The notes under the pieces: generated by a model
What the model was told of the DNA's origin: nothing
Seen by the model: the letters and a program-made list of their open reading frames with translations, nothing else
Databases searched by the model: none
Assembly (NCBI GenBank): GCA_964016885.1
Contig: OZ024742.1
Span: 378,324,001-378,388,000, forward strand
DNA: 64,000 bases
Source: Eledone cirrhosa
Taxonomy: Eukaryota
Direction: 5' to 3'
Shown: positions 63,801 to 64,000 of the stretch, piece after piece
Layout of the letters: each line of letters opens with the position of its first letter
How positions within the stretch are numbered: position 1 is the first letter of the stretch
Position numbers and translations under genes: made by a program

Positions 63801-64000
63801 TGTAGCACTGAGCAGTCTATTGTATTAATGTTGTTGTCATTTGTAGCTCTATTGTAGCACTGAGCAGTCTATTGTATTAATGTTGTGGTCATTTGTTGCT
63901 CTGTTGTAGCACTGAGCATTGTATTGTATTAATGTTGTGGTCATTTGTAATCTATTGTAGCACTGAGCAGTCTATTGTATTAATGTTGTGGTCATTTGTA
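24825..64000 (+). repeat. Satellite DNA array, 51/52-bp monomers (roughly 760 copies), runs off the window end
   Basis: Unit TTGTATTAATGTTGTGGTCATTTGTAG(C)TCTATTGTAGCACTGAGCAGTCTA; no insertion or inversion noticed. Confidence 0.99.

Noticed and set aside
24825-64000. Dozens of ORFs 'MLWSFVVYCSTEQSIVL...'
   Set aside because: They arise because the 51-bp monomer is 17 codons and are broken at every 52-bp monomer; not genes
24825-64000. CRISPR array or hammerhead-containing satellite
   Set aside because: No unique spacers or cas genes, and no CUGANGA/GAAA core in the monomer

Overview
Eukaryotic (animal) repeat-rich DNA with no recognisable host gene. The SINE family and the dense (TA)n/(CA)n/(GAA)n microsatellites suggest a cephalopod such as octopus, which is an inference. 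Positions 1-24.8 kb are a retroelement graveyard. It holds two closely related Penelope-like elements (RT + Cys-rich linker + GIY-YIG) in opposite orientations, a Tx1/L1-type LINE 3' fragment, two RTE-type 3' fragments with (GAA)n tails, a CRE-type endonuclease fragment, at least 7 tRNA-derived SINEs, several hammerhead-ribozyme-like motifs, a set of short fold-back elements in (TA)n tracts, and a 78-bp minisatellite. Positions 24,825-64,000 are one 51/52-bp satellite array with kb-scale higher-order repeats, starting right after a Helitron-like hairpin+CTAG. The most notable observation is in the near-full-length Penelope-like copy (minus strand). It has a separate upstream coiled-coil ORF1 joined to the RT frame by a correctly phased U_UUU_UUA -1 slippery site, and its terminal repeats carry a non-canonical hammerhead-like core (UUGAAAA...GCAA).
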